Source: Acidobacteriota bacterium (GTDB lineage: Bacteria > Acidobacteriota > UBA890 > WLXD01). From it: DNA of 64,000 nt. Position numbers and translations under genes: made by a program. Below, one piece after another: positions 45,244 to 54,994 of the stretch. Below the pieces are notes generated by a model. The model had not been told where the DNA came from and did no database searches. It saw only the letters and a program-made list of their open reading frames with translations. The DNA lies in the NCBI GenBank assembly GCA_963666055.2, contig CAXWPH010000015.1:192001-256000 (forward strand). Reading direction: 5' to 3'. Position 1 is the stretch's first letter. Every line of letters begins with the position of its first letter.

Positions 45244-47177
45244 AAACTCCTCGGGCTACAACGTCGTAGGCTCCCAGCTCGGGGACCTCGACCCTCTTCA
45301 CGCTTGGTGTTGGCGCCGAGCGTGCCGAGCGCGGTACCAGTCGACTCGCCTGCGCCGGTAGGCGGTCGCGGCAGTTGTTCGGGCGGCGCTCGGCGGCCCG
45401 CGATCGCTTTGTCCCCGGCAGGCGTGTCGGCGGCGAGTGTGTGTGGGGGAGTACTCCTGTCGGACCGTACCCTCTTCGGGTCATTATGTGTACCCAAAAA
45501 CCTCATGTGCGCCATGGGGAACTCAACGATGCTCCTGTGCTGCATGGGGAACTCGATGATGCACCCGCGCGCAGGCTCGGCAGCCGGAGCATTGGCTAGA
45601 GGACCTGGTGCAAAGCGCCGGCAGCGGTGCTCAAGGCGATCGGCTTCGCGTTCGATCCGGAGCCAGCCGAGGCGCACGGCGCGTTCGATCGCTGGTTTAC
45701 ACCAGCGCGGCGTACCGACCAACGCGCGCAACGTCGAGGCCGGCACGTCGGGTCGCCCTTGCCGGCACCGGGCAAGCGTATAGCCGACGACGCGCCGGAA
45801 CGCGCGCCGCAATGCCCGGTGTGGCATCTCGGCCGCGTCCGCCTCGAGCCGGGAGCGCACGTCGTCAGGCAGCTGCTCGAGCTCGGCTGCGGCGATCTCC
45901 CGGAGCTTGTGAGGCATCGGCATCATGGCCTCGGTCGCGGCGGGGTTGCGCAGCAACTCGGCGCCGCGTGCGTAGGATCTCGTGCAGTCGGCTCGCCAGC
46001 CGCGTAACTCGGCCCACGTGGCGCCCTGGAACGTGATCGCGTCGAAGGCGGTGAGCGTTGCATCCAGGTCGAGGCCCACGGCGTGCGCGAAGTGCCCGAT
46101 GGCGCGGGCGGTTGCATTGCGGTAGCCCGGTTCCACCGATCCGGAGCGCAGCAGTTGTGCGATCTCGCGCGGTCGATCCCAAGCCAGCGGCCCGACGGAT
46201 CCGAAGCGCGGCCGCTCACCGCCCGCGGCTTCCGCGAGCTCGTTCCGCTCGGCGCGTGCCTCGGCCGCGGCTGCGATCGCCTCCAGCGGCGATGGTGCCC
46301 GATTTAGGCAGGTCTCCGCACCCGGACCTGCGGCGAAGGATCCGCGAGTGTCCTGCGCCATCCTCGGGACACGAATCGGACACCTGCGCACCCGGAGCCG
46401 GTCGCAGTTGCCGCGCAGCTTGAGAATCGAGCGCAGCTGCTCGGCAGGCGATTCCTTAAGCTCCGCACCCGTGACAGGGTCGAGCCGGGCGGCGTCAAGG
46501 CCGGCCGGTAGACGACAAGCACCCACCAGGATCTCGCACCACTGCCCCGGCGGCGCCCCCGGCTTGGCGCGCAACAGACGCCGCACGTGCTCGGCCGCCT
46601 CGTCCGCCGGCATCGGCCGATCCAGCAGCACGTATACGTGCATCGATTGCTCGCGGTTGCAACTCGGCCGCGTGGCGAACCACACGGGCACGCCGGCGGC
46701 GCGGATCTCGCGCAGCGCTTCGTGTCGTGTCTCCGGGTCGCAGAGGTGCCGTGGCCCGTCGTAGTCGATCACCAGGTGACGAACGCGCCCACGCGCATCT
46801 TGCAACGGCGCGCCGAGCACCAGCTGGTGCAACCAGTGAGCCGCGGCGAGCGGCGGCAAGATCACCAGCCCACGGTGCCAGGACACTTCCTTGTTCCATT
46901 GGCCGCGACTGTCGCGGATCGTCTGAAAGAACCTCGAGGCCGCCGAGGTGTCGTCGCCGACGTGCGGTACCAGCTGGAGCAGCGCTTCGGTTACCAATTC
47001 CGGCGTCAGCTCCGCGGCGAAGCCCTCCGGCCACCGGTGCGGAAAGCTCGGCAGCCGCGCCAGCACTGCCCGCGGCAGCACGGCGCACAGGCCGCCCGTG
47101 AGCTCTGGGTGCTGGTGCTCTAGGTTGCGTAGGCGCCGGTAGCGCGTCGGCAGCCGCGATGGCCAGCACGGAGACAA
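45231..47177 (-). CDS. AEP-like primase/replication initiator with PriCT-like and winged-helix regions; start uncertain
   Basis: LVIDYD, SMHVYVLLDRP, CRLPAG, PGYRNATA, wHTH-like TLRALVG..AIERAVRLGWL. Confidence 0.62.
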   Translation of the reverse strand: MSPCWPSRLPTRYRRLRNLEHQHPELTGGLCAVLPRAVLARLPSFPHRWPEGFAAELTPELVTEALLQLVPHVGDDTSAASRFFQTIRDSRGQWNKEVSWHRGLVILPPLAAAHWLHQLVLGAPLQDARGRVRHLVIDYDGPRHLCDPETRHEALREIRAAGVPVWFATRPSCNREQSMHVYVLLDRPMPADEAAEHVRRLLRAKPGAPPGQWCEILVGACRLPAGLDAARLDPVTGAELKESPAEQLRSILKLRGNCDRLRVRRCPIRVPRMAQDTRGSFAAGPGAETCLNRAPSPLEAIAAAAEARAERNELAEAAGGERPRFGSVGPLAWDRPREIAQLLRSGSVEPGYRNATARAIGHFAHAVGLDLDATLTAFDAITFQGATWAELRGWRADCTRSYARGAELLRNPAATEAMMPMPHKLREIAAAELEQLPDDVRSRLEADAAEMPHRALRRAFRRVVGYTLARCRQGRPDVPASTLRALVGTPRWCKPAIERAVRLGWLRIEREADRLEHRCRRFAPGPLANAPAAEPARGCIIEFPMQHRSIVEFPMAHMRFLGTHNDPKRVRSDRSTPPHTLAADTPAGDKAIAGRRAPPEQLPRPPTGAGESTGTALGTLGANTKREEGRGPRAGSLRRCSPRSFWRR

Positions 47178-47379
47178 ACCCGCCGCGGGGTTGTCGATCG
47201 CTGCGGCGGCGCCAGGATTCTCATTACGGCTTGGTGTCCAGCATGACCACGATCCAGTCGTTCCTAAACTGGGTCTCTGGTACCCATGAGTTCTTGTCTG
47301 GTATTGTGTCTGTAATTGTATGCACCTTGAGATCGTGTCTTGGTATCTTGTTTCATTGCAACGACTTAGAGAAAATAAG

Positions 47380-47477
47380 TGGCGGAGGGGGTGGGATTCG
47401 AACCCACGTGCCGGGTTTTTACGCCGACAACTCGATTTCGAGTCGAGCGCGTTACGGCCGGACTTCGCTACCCCTCC
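47380..47477 (-). tRNA. tRNA-Ser(CGA)
   Basis: GGAGGGG/CCCCTCC acceptor stem, CTCGA-CTCGAAA-TCGAG anticodon arm, long variable arm, GGTTCGAATCC, GCCA end. Confidence 0.95.
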
Positions 47478-47688
47478 GGGCTGGCAGTCGAGCCCGCCTA
47501 GGATAGCATCGGGTGACGTTTTCGCGCCCCGCATCCACGCCCTCGGGTGGCGCGGGAAAGCCTCTAAGAAGCTCCCCATATTTCTTGGTCGCGTCGTTGT
47601 TGCTCGGGTCGATCGCCGGAGCTTTTCCGACTACAACTGGGGCCTGTGGGCAGTGTGGTTAACGCAGCCGGAATAGCGCTTCACTGGC

Positions 47689-48633
47689 TCAGTAGCCGAA
47701 TACCACCATCTGTTCGCCGCGTTGCTCGGTCAGCGACTGGAAGTGCGCCACCAGCCGGTCGCGGCGCTCGAGGAGCGCGGCCAGCTCACCGTTGCTTAGG
47801 TAGTCGCTCACGGCGTCGCTGATTGCCTCGGCTGTCAGGGCTCTCAAGTTGGTCCAGAAGGTACGCTCGATTGCCTGCAGCGGCGTCTCATCGAGGCGCG
47901 TGGATACGCGAAAGGCACGCGAGTGATCGGTGAGCCACACCCGCCAACTCGGGTCGTACAACAGGTTTCTGCGGTTGCGGTCGCCGTTGGCGATGAGCGC
48001 ATCGAAAGTGTTCATCGTCGCGAGCTGCTTGTTCCAGCGTTGCGACGAGGGGTCGACGAGCTGGCGCGTTACGCGCTCCGATTCGCTGAACGATGTTGGG
48101 ATGACGATCTGCAAACTACCCTCGACCGGGCCGATGTGTCGGCTCACCGCCGGTGGCACCTGATGCAACCCGAGCAGGGTGCTCAGCTCGTACGCGGCGC
48201 ACTCGAAAAGGCCGCTGTCGCGGAAGTGCACCTCGCTGCTGCCATCCGCAAATCGTGCCACCCCGAGACGATCCTCGATGCTGCGGAAGACGGCATCGAG
48301 CTCCACGTCGCCCTGCCGAAGGCGGACTAGATAGGTTCCGCGTCCGAACTCATCGGCGTCGTTGAAGGCGATTGGCCGCCCGCCCTCGTCGTAGCGGCTC
48401 CGCGAGACGATCTCGGCGGAGCGTAGGAACTGCAACACGTCGGCGTCCGACTCGAACGGCAGCGGTGTTCCGTCGGCGTCGGTGAGCAGGCGCGTTGGCA
48501 GCTGCGCTGTCGGCGCCCTGCCAAGTGTGGCGACGGGCTGGACGACCGTCGTGGGTAGCAGGCTCGTAGCAGGTGGAAGAGCGAAGAGTCTCGGCGAGAG
48601 GCTCACCGTCGACACGGCGACCGAGAGCGCCAT
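47689..48633 (-). CDS. Hypothetical protein with a PI3/4-kinase/FAM20-like fold
   Basis: ECAAYELSTLLGL..VPPAV, FDALIANGDRNRRN, WLTDHSRAF. Confidence 0.68.
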   Translation of the reverse strand: MALSVAVSTVSLSPRLFALPPATSLLPTTVVQPVATLGRAPTAQLPTRLLTDADGTPLPFESDADVLQFLRSAEIVSRSRYDEGGRPIAFNDADEFGRGTYLVRLRQGDVELDAVFRSIEDRLGVARFADGSSEVHFRDSGLFECAAYELSTLLGLHQVPPAVSRHIGPVEGSLQIVIPTSFSESERVTRQLVDPSSQRWNKQLATMNTFDALIANGDRNRRNLLYDPSWRVWLTDHSRAFRVSTRLDETPLQAIERTFWTNLRALTAEAISDAVSDYLSNGELAALLERRDRLVAHFQSLTEQRGEQMVVFGY

Positions 48634-48683
48634 GTATCTCCTGAGACGAAGCGACGATCTCGACGATCGAGACGTCGGACCTG

Positions 48684-50792
48684 CTAGTTGCCCAGGTGCT
48701 CGTTCCACCAGGTCAGCTCCTCGAAGTACCGGTGCACCATGTCCCAGGGACGCCAGCCACCATGATAGGAGTCGGGATAGCGAACCATCCTCGCCGGCAC
48801 CCTCTGCTTGCGTAGCGCCGTATACATCTGCTCACCCTGTTCGATCGGCACGCGGTAGTCGCTCTCGCCGTGAATGATCAAGGTCGGAGTCGAGATGCCA
48901 TCAGCGTGCTTGATGGGCGATTGCTCCCACAGCAGATCGCCGCTGCGTTGTTTCCAGGGCGGTCCATAGAATTCCGACTCCTTGGTGCGCGGAATGTCGG
49001 CGGTGCCGTAGTCGCTGAGCCAGTTGGAGATCCCGGCGCCGGAAATCGCCGCTGCGAAGCGGTCAGTATGGGTGATGATCCAGTTGGTCAGAAAGCCGCC
49101 ATAAGAGTAGCCGGATACTCCCAGACGCTCCTCGTCGATGGCGAAGTTCTGCAGCGCGTAGTCGACCCCCGACATCACGTCTTGGTAGTCGAAGTTGCCC
49201 CAACCGCCCCAGGTGGCCCATAGAAAGTCCTCGCCATATCCGCTGGACCCGCGTGGGTTGGTGTAGAGCACCACAAACCCCTCCTTCGCCCAGAGCTGAA
49301 ACTCCAACGAGTAGCGCTCGCCGAAGGCGCCGTGCGGTCCGCCATGGATATTCAGGATCAGCGGGTAGGGGCCTCCATCCGGTGTATAGCCCGGCGGCAG
49401 GATGACCCAACCCTCGATCGGCGTCCCATCGTTACTGGGGTATTCGATCGGACGAGCGACCCTCGGCGTCGTGTTCGCGATCAGCAGCTCGTTGAACCGA
49501 GTGAGCTGGGTCTCTCCGTTGACTGGCCGCGTCACGTAAAGCTCCGCCGGCGACGTGCTCGTGGTGGAGGTGTAGGCGAAGGTGCGCGGATCAGCGCTGA
49601 AGCTCATGCCCGCGAGCCATCGCCGGCCGTCGGTGAGCTGCTGAATGGCGCCACCGGCAACCGGCACCGAGAAAAGATGGTTCTGGCCGCCGATCCCGCC
49701 GCTAAAGCGGATCATGTCGTCGGCACCGACTTCATGGGCACCGGGTCGGAGGTCCCAAGACGCAGTGAGGTTGCGGGCCTCACCGCCGCCGACATCGAGC
49801 GCGTACAGGTCGGTCGGTGCTCCGCGGCCGCGCTCTGCTTCGATGACTGCGTCGAGCCCCTCGACGCCGCGGTAGACCACCGTCGAGCCGTCGGAGCTCC
49901 ACTGCGGCCGACTGTTGACGAATCCGTCGTTGGTGAGTCGTTCGATACTGCGGGCGAAATCGACCGACCAAAGGTCATGCCGCGGGTAGGTGAACTCGTC
50001 GCGCTGATGCTCGTCGGCAGCGAAGACGAGCCGCTCGTTGTCGGGGTGCCACGCTATGTCGCTGACATCGAAGCCCAGCTGGGTCAGCTGGCGCGCCGGC
50101 CCGCCGGCGCGCGGAACCAGGTACAGCTCGCGCGGCGGTGACGCCAGCGGATCGACCGGGTCGGGGAGGTAGCCGCGGCGGTCGAACCGGTACTGTAGCC
50201 AGTCGTAGATCAGACCATTGAAGCGATCTCGTAGCAGCTGCTCGAGCTCGGAAGCTCGTTCATAGCTTCCACGTCCTGAGCGCGTGCGCGCCGCCGCCTC
50301 GCCGGTTGGCGGGGTAGCCTGCGTATAGGCGATCCAGCGTCCGTCTGGGCTAAAGACCGGGTTGCCCTCGACGCCCTCGATCTGAAACGCTTCGCCGCCC
50401 TGCTGCAAGTCGAGGAACCAGATGCCGCCCGGTACCTCCTGGGTGGCGCCGCGTCCGGAGGTGAATGCGAGCAGCCGTCCGTCGGGGCTCCAGATCGGAT
50501 TACTGGCGTCGAAGGCGGCGCTGGTGAGTCGCCGGGGCGGGGTCACGTCGCGTGGATCGGCAAGCCAGAGCTCGCTCCGCCGCGCATTCTCGGCCTCCAT
50601 GGCCATAGTTCGAACGAACGCCACCGCGCTTCCGTCGGGTGACACGGCGGGGCTGCTCACGCCGACGAGCTCGTAGTAGTCGGTCAAGCTCACGGCGCGA
50701 GTGGCAAACTGGGTGCTGCCATCGGTGCTGATAGAAACAACGGCGCTGATCGCACACGCGATTACGAGAGCCATGCGGTGTCGCCGGATCAT
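48684..50792 (-). CDS. S9 family peptidase with WD40/PD40 propeller
   Basis: Signal peptide, SPDG repeats, IHGGPH, GYSYGG, DYRVP, YHG. Confidence 0.93.
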   Translation of the reverse strand: MIRRHRMALVIACAISAVVSISTDGSTQFATRAVSLTDYYELVGVSSPAVSPDGSAVAFVRTMAMEAENARRSELWLADPRDVTPPRRLTSAAFDASNPIWSPDGRLLAFTSGRGATQEVPGGIWFLDLQQGGEAFQIEGVEGNPVFSPDGRWIAYTQATPPTGEAAARTRSGRGSYERASELEQLLRDRFNGLIYDWLQYRFDRRGYLPDPVDPLASPPRELYLVPRAGGPARQLTQLGFDVSDIAWHPDNERLVFAADEHQRDEFTYPRHDLWSVDFARSIERLTNDGFVNSRPQWSSDGSTVVYRGVEGLDAVIEAERGRGAPTDLYALDVGGGEARNLTASWDLRPGAHEVGADDMIRFSGGIGGQNHLFSVPVAGGAIQQLTDGRRWLAGMSFSADPRTFAYTSTTSTSPAELYVTRPVNGETQLTRFNELLIANTTPRVARPIEYPSNDGTPIEGWVILPPGYTPDGGPYPLILNIHGGPHGAFGERYSLEFQLWAKEGFVVLYTNPRGSSGYGEDFLWATWGGWGNFDYQDVMSGVDYALQNFAIDEERLGVSGYSYGGFLTNWIITHTDRFAAAISGAGISNWLSDYGTADIPRTKESEFYGPPWKQRSGDLLWEQSPIKHADGISTPTLIIHGESDYRVPIEQGEQMYTALRKQRVPARMVRYPDSYHGGWRPWDMVHRYFEELTWWNEHLGN

Positions 50793-50899
50793 GCTGAGCT
50801 CCCCCGGGTTTGTAGGTTCGCGCCCGCCCGGATTATAGGCGAGCCGATCGCAGGAATCCCGGGACCGTGACCGGCCCGGACAACCGAGCCGAGGGAGAG

Positions 50900-51682
50900 A
50901 TGACGATGGACGGGATCACGGCGCTCGTTACCGGCGCCTCCAGCGGCATCGGGTGCGAGCTGGCCAGACTGTTCGCCGCCGACGGCCACGACCTGGTGCT
51001 TACCGCGCGGCGCGAGAGCCGGCTCCAGCAACTGGCTGCCGAGCTGTCTGATGCGCATCGTGTGGAGGTGGCTGTGATCGCCGCGGACCTGGCCGCGGCC
51101 GGTGCGGCGCGCGCGTTGCACGAAAGTGTTCAGCAACGTGGCCTGCAGATCGATGCCGTCGTAAACAACGCCGGGTTCGGGTGTTCTGGAAGCTTCGCCG
51201 ACACGGATCTCGATCGCCAGCTGGAAATGATTCAGGTCAACATCAGCTCCCTCGTCGAGCTTACCGGCCTGTTCCTACCGGCGATGCGTCAGCGCGGCCG
51301 GGGCTGGATCATGAACGTGGCTTCGACGGCGGCTTTCCAGCCCGGGCTGCTCATGAGCGTCTACTTTGCCACCAAGGCCTTCGTCCTCCACTTCAGCGAG
51401 GCGATCGCCGAGGAGGTAGGTGACGCGGGCATCGTCGTGAGTGCTTTTTGCCCTGGTCCTACGCTGAGCGAGTTTCGCGCCGTGCTACATGGGCGCGATG
51501 ATCTTCCGGTGCCAGCGGGCGTTCCCGACGCGGCAACGGTCGCCGCCGCTGGCTACGCGGCGCTTTGGCGTGGGCGGCGGGTGTTCATACCCGGGCTCAA
51601 GAATCGCCTGATGGCGCTGTCGGTTCGCTGCGCGCCGCGTGCACTCGTGGTGCGCGCCGTGCATCGGATGCAACAACGGTGA
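50900..51682 (+). CDS. SDR family oxidoreductase
   Basis: TGASSGIG, NNAGFG, YFATK. Confidence 0.92.
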   Translation: MTMDGITALVTGASSGIGCELARLFAADGHDLVLTARRESRLQQLAAELSDAHRVEVAVIAADLAAAGAARALHESVQQRGLQIDAVVNNAGFGCSGSFADTDLDRQLEMIQVNISSLVELTGLFLPAMRQRGRGWIMNVASTAAFQPGLLMSVYFATKAFVLHFSEAIAEEVGDAGIVVSAFCPGPTLSEFRAVLHGRDDLPVPAGVPDAATVAAAGYAALWRGRRVFIPGLKNRLMALSVRCAPRALVVRAVHRMQQR

Positions 51683-52693
51683 TACAGAGCGCCAGGCTGG
51701 GACGAGGCTTCAAGGCGTGATGCGAGAGAGCATGCCGCGCCGCAGGGGGATGTAGAAGCCCCAGTAGAAGGGCTCCTGATCGGCGCCCCTCGGGAACCAA
51801 AGGCCGACGATCTGCTGGTTCAGCCACGGCAGTCCTTCCACCCAGTGGGGACCGAGCGTGCCGGCCGAGTCTGAGAAGTCCCCGCGAAATACGCTCGTAG
51901 GGGCGTCTGCGCTGCGACAACCACCGCAGGAAAGTTGGCTGGGACGCCGAAGCGCTCGAGGGTGCTGCGGCCGGCATCGCTCACTGCCAGGCGAAACTCC
52001 GCCGGCACGCTCGTGCCGGATCGAGCCGACACGACGTCGAACCGATAGTTGAAACGCATCCCGAGGGTCACGTCGTCGGTGATCTGACCGGCGTCGCGGC
52101 TTTCGATCGTCAGGCCCGGCGCGTTGATCTCGAGCCCGACGCGCAACACGAACAGGCGGGTGACCGCCCGGTCCAGCCGCTCCAGTCGAGCCCGAAGAGG
52201 TCTTGTAGGCGTGCGCGAGACTGGCCAGAAGTCGGTGACGCGAAGGTGTTGAACTCGGCCACAATGTGGCCGCCGCGCGCGCCGAATTCCTCCACAGCAT
52301 CTACCTCACGGTCCTTGAGGCCGCCATAGATCAGCGCCGAGTAGTCGAGCCCGGCCATGCTGGGCCGATCGCTCTCGTAGTCGCCACGATAGACACCATA
52401 GCTGTCGGCAAGGTAGAGCATGTTGGCGTTGGCCAGGTGGCGCGGCTCGAGATCCTCCCAGGTGCCGTGGTTCACTGTGTCGTCGGGATCCGGGTTGAAC
52501 CCGATATAGTCGCGGTCCAGTTGCCAGCCACGCTCCCCCACCGCGTCGCCCACCTTGTCTCGTCGACCACCAGCACGCGCCATGGCGAAGCGTCTTTCAG
52601 GTACCAACGCAGCGGCGCCGCGCCACAACTGAAGACGGTTGCCAGCATCAGGCCGATTCCCACCCACACGACGATCCGACGCAGTACCTTCAT
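51597..52693 (-). pseudogene. Hypothetical exported protein broken by frameshifts or deletions
   Basis: MKVLRRIVVW.. start with ATGA overlap; LYLADSYGVY, AEFNTFASPT, DWSGWTGR and AYFAGDFSD-like blocks lie in different frames. Confidence 0.55.
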
Positions 52694-53364
52694 GAGGCTC
52701 CCCCCTCGACCAACCGTAATCGGACCGTAACCTCCGTTCCGTCGACCGGCAATACGCCCGGGCGCACCGTGAAGTGCGGCCCGCCGGCAACGAAGTCGCG
52801 CACCGTATAGCGCGCGTTGCCTACTTTGCTGCCCGGGCACGAATAGAGGCAGACGACGCAGCCGGAGTGCCAGGCATCGATATTGCCGCGATGGCCGCCG
52901 AAGCGCATGTCGAAGCCGCGATCTCCGGAGTCGTCGAGAAACTCGTCGAGCGCTAGCGGCTGCTCGGATCCCGGCAGCAAGAATTCCAGCTCGACCCTGG
53001 GACCCTCGATTGTTCGATCGGGAGCCGCCGCCGCGGTGTCATGGCGTTGCTCCCAGGTGTCGATGGAGAGCGCGTCGCCGGGCGCAGCGCCGAGTGACTC
53101 GAGAGCGTCGATGACTTGAACGTCACTTACACCAGCGACAAAGAGCGCGTGGTCGGTGGCTCGCCCACCGCGCCACACCACGAGGTGGTAGCCGGCGGTG
53201 TCTCCCTGCGCAAAGGCGCTCGACTGCACTGTAGCCAGAAACTCGACCGCGTTGCCGTCGACGAGCCGGACCACGCCGGTTGGCGTCGGCACGCACGATC
53301 CGAGGCTCAGGGCGGCTGCAATCGTAGCGGCAAGCAGCCAACGGTCTGGCGTAGATAATCTCAA
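52690..53364 (-). CDS. YdjY-like lipoprotein
   Basis: LGSC lipobox; SGCVVCLYSCP Cys cluster. Confidence 0.72.
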   Translation of the reverse strand: MRLSTPDRWLLAATIAAALSLGSCVPTPTGVVRLVDGNAVEFLATVQSSAFAQGDTAGYHLVVWRGGRATDHALFVAGVSDVQVIDALESLGAAPGDALSIDTWEQRHDTAAAAPDRTIEGPRVELEFLLPGSEQPLALDEFLDDSGDRGFDMRFGGHRGNIDAWHSGCVVCLYSCPGSKVGNARYTVRDFVAGGPHFTVRPGVLPVDGTEVTVRLRLVEGGAS

Positions 53365-53421
53365 GCAGCCCTCCCCGCGTTGGGACTCTCTGTCCTCATC
53401 AATACTAGGCTGAGCGCAGCG

Positions 53422-53838
53422 ATGATCGAATCACTGTTTTTGGCCCTGGCACTGATTGGCCTGCTGGTGTCCACCTACTTCACCGCGGTGGCGTTGCGCT
53501 GGATGCGGCCTGATGCGCAGTGGATCCCGCCGTTCTGTCGACTCGACGAGGGCACTTGCACGTTGGTGGTGTTCACCCCGCAAGCGCGGATATTCGGTGT
53601 GCCCAACTCGTTGCTGGGACAGGCGTACTATCTGGCGCTGCTCATCGGTGTGTTGCAAGGTGCCGCCCTGCAACGGCCGTGGGTGTACGGCTACCTGGCC
53701 GTTGCGGCCGCGACGGTGGTGCTGGCCGCATATCTGTCGTATTCGCTGGTCTACGTGCTTCGTGTCCGCTGTACGTTGTGCTTCACCAGCCACGCAATCA
53801 ACACAGTGCTCTTCGTGTTGCTGTTGGCGACGCTGTAG
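53422..53838 (+). CDS. Vitamin K epoxide reductase (VKOR) family protein
   Basis: FCRLDEGTC loop cysteines, FGVPNSLLG, CTLC. Confidence 0.88.
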   Translation: MIESLFLALALIGLLVSTYFTAVALRWMRPDAQWIPPFCRLDEGTCTLVVFTPQARIFGVPNSLLGQAYYLALLIGVLQGAALQRPWVYGYLAVAAATVVLAAYLSYSLVYVLRVRCTLCFTSHAINTVLFVLLLATL

Positions 53839-54717
53839 CTATGGGGTCAGCAGATCTGCGAGGCCGAGCGATACCAGGCCGACCGCTACTCCAACGAACA
53901 CGTCAACCACATAGTGATAGCGGCCGTACACGGTGCTCACGAGCATCAGGCCGCCGATCACGCCGCCGGCGAGGGCGCCGCTCACCCCCCAGATTCGCCA
54001 GCACCAGACCATGAAAACCAGGCAGGTAGAGCTGTGGGCGCTGGGCATCGCCCCCCCTTTGTGTGCGGTCGAGCTCCACATGACACGGTTCGTCCAGGCG
54101 GTGACCAGGTATCCCGGCAGCCGCCGTTCGGACTCGGGAAGCAGGCCCTCCGAGACCAGCGCCCAGCGCGGCCCCCAGAGCGGCATCCAGGGATAGGCGG
54201 AGTAGCTGATCACGTAGCCCAGACACACGGCCAATCCCATGGCTTCGAAGCGCCGGAAATCGCCTGCCGCGTACAGCGCGACGCCGAGCACTGGCGTATA
54301 GAGCACGTACAGCCAGTAGGAGATGTGCATCAGCTCGTTGAGCCACGCGGGGCGGTCGAGGGCGAGCCACAGGCTGGGATTGCCGAATAGTCGCTGGTCC
54401 AAGTCGATCAGCGGCCGGTCGTACGAGAACTCCGGTGGATAGAAGAGGTGCAGCGTGTGCCCTGCCCAGGCGTACGCCAACCAGAAATAGATGATTGGCA
54501 ACCACAGGCGCGCCAAGAGGAGGGCGCTACCGGAGCCTTCGGGATTGCCCGGCGCCACGCTGGCCAACCCGGCGAAGCCGATGGCGACGAAGAAGTTCAC
54601 TGCATGAATGCGCCGTCGAATGGGCACCGGACGGCGGGCCAGCGCATGGTGCAACGAGTTCACCGCTGCGAAGGGGATGGTCAGCAGGCAGAGAAGGGTG
54701 CCGATCTGCAGCGACAA
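53839..54717 (-). CDS. PAP2-family membrane phosphatase/phosphotransferase (AUR1-like)
   Basis: AMPSAHSS, STVYGRYHYVVD, multiple TM helices. Confidence 0.86.
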   Translation of the reverse strand: MSLQIGTLLCLLTIPFAAVNSLHHALARRPVPIRRRIHAVNFFVAIGFAGLASVAPGNPEGSGSALLLARLWLPIIYFWLAYAWAGHTLHLFYPPEFSYDRPLIDLDQRLFGNPSLWLALDRPAWLNELMHISYWLYVLYTPVLGVALYAAGDFRRFEAMGLAVCLGYVISYSAYPWMPLWGPRWALVSEGLLPESERRLPGYLVTAWTNRVMWSSTAHKGGAMPSAHSSTCLVFMVWCWRIWGVSGALAGGVIGGLMLVSTVYGRYHYVVDVFVGVAVGLVSLGLADLLTP

Positions 54718-54994
54718 GACAGGAGGCTCCGCAGGACGCGCTCGACGCGGCGCGAGCGCGACGTGATTCTATTCGTTGTGGTACCGGCGGGGTGCCCCAA
54801 GAGCTGGTGGTGAGCGCACAGCGGAACCTACGGCAGCACTCCGGCGCGCGAAGATTCACCATCGGACACAGCGTTTGCCTCTGGACAGCGCTCCGTCGCC
54901 TTACTAACCTGAATAGGAGAACCGGGGCGGTCGAATACACTTGCGCCGCCAGCCGCGGGGGCAGGCTGGCGTGGCACGACAGATCGGGGTGGGA

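Noticed and set aside
47178-47579. N-terminal extension of the 782-aa ORF 45231..47579
   Set aside because: It runs through tRNA-Ser(CGA) and the AT-rich junction; a chance open frame.
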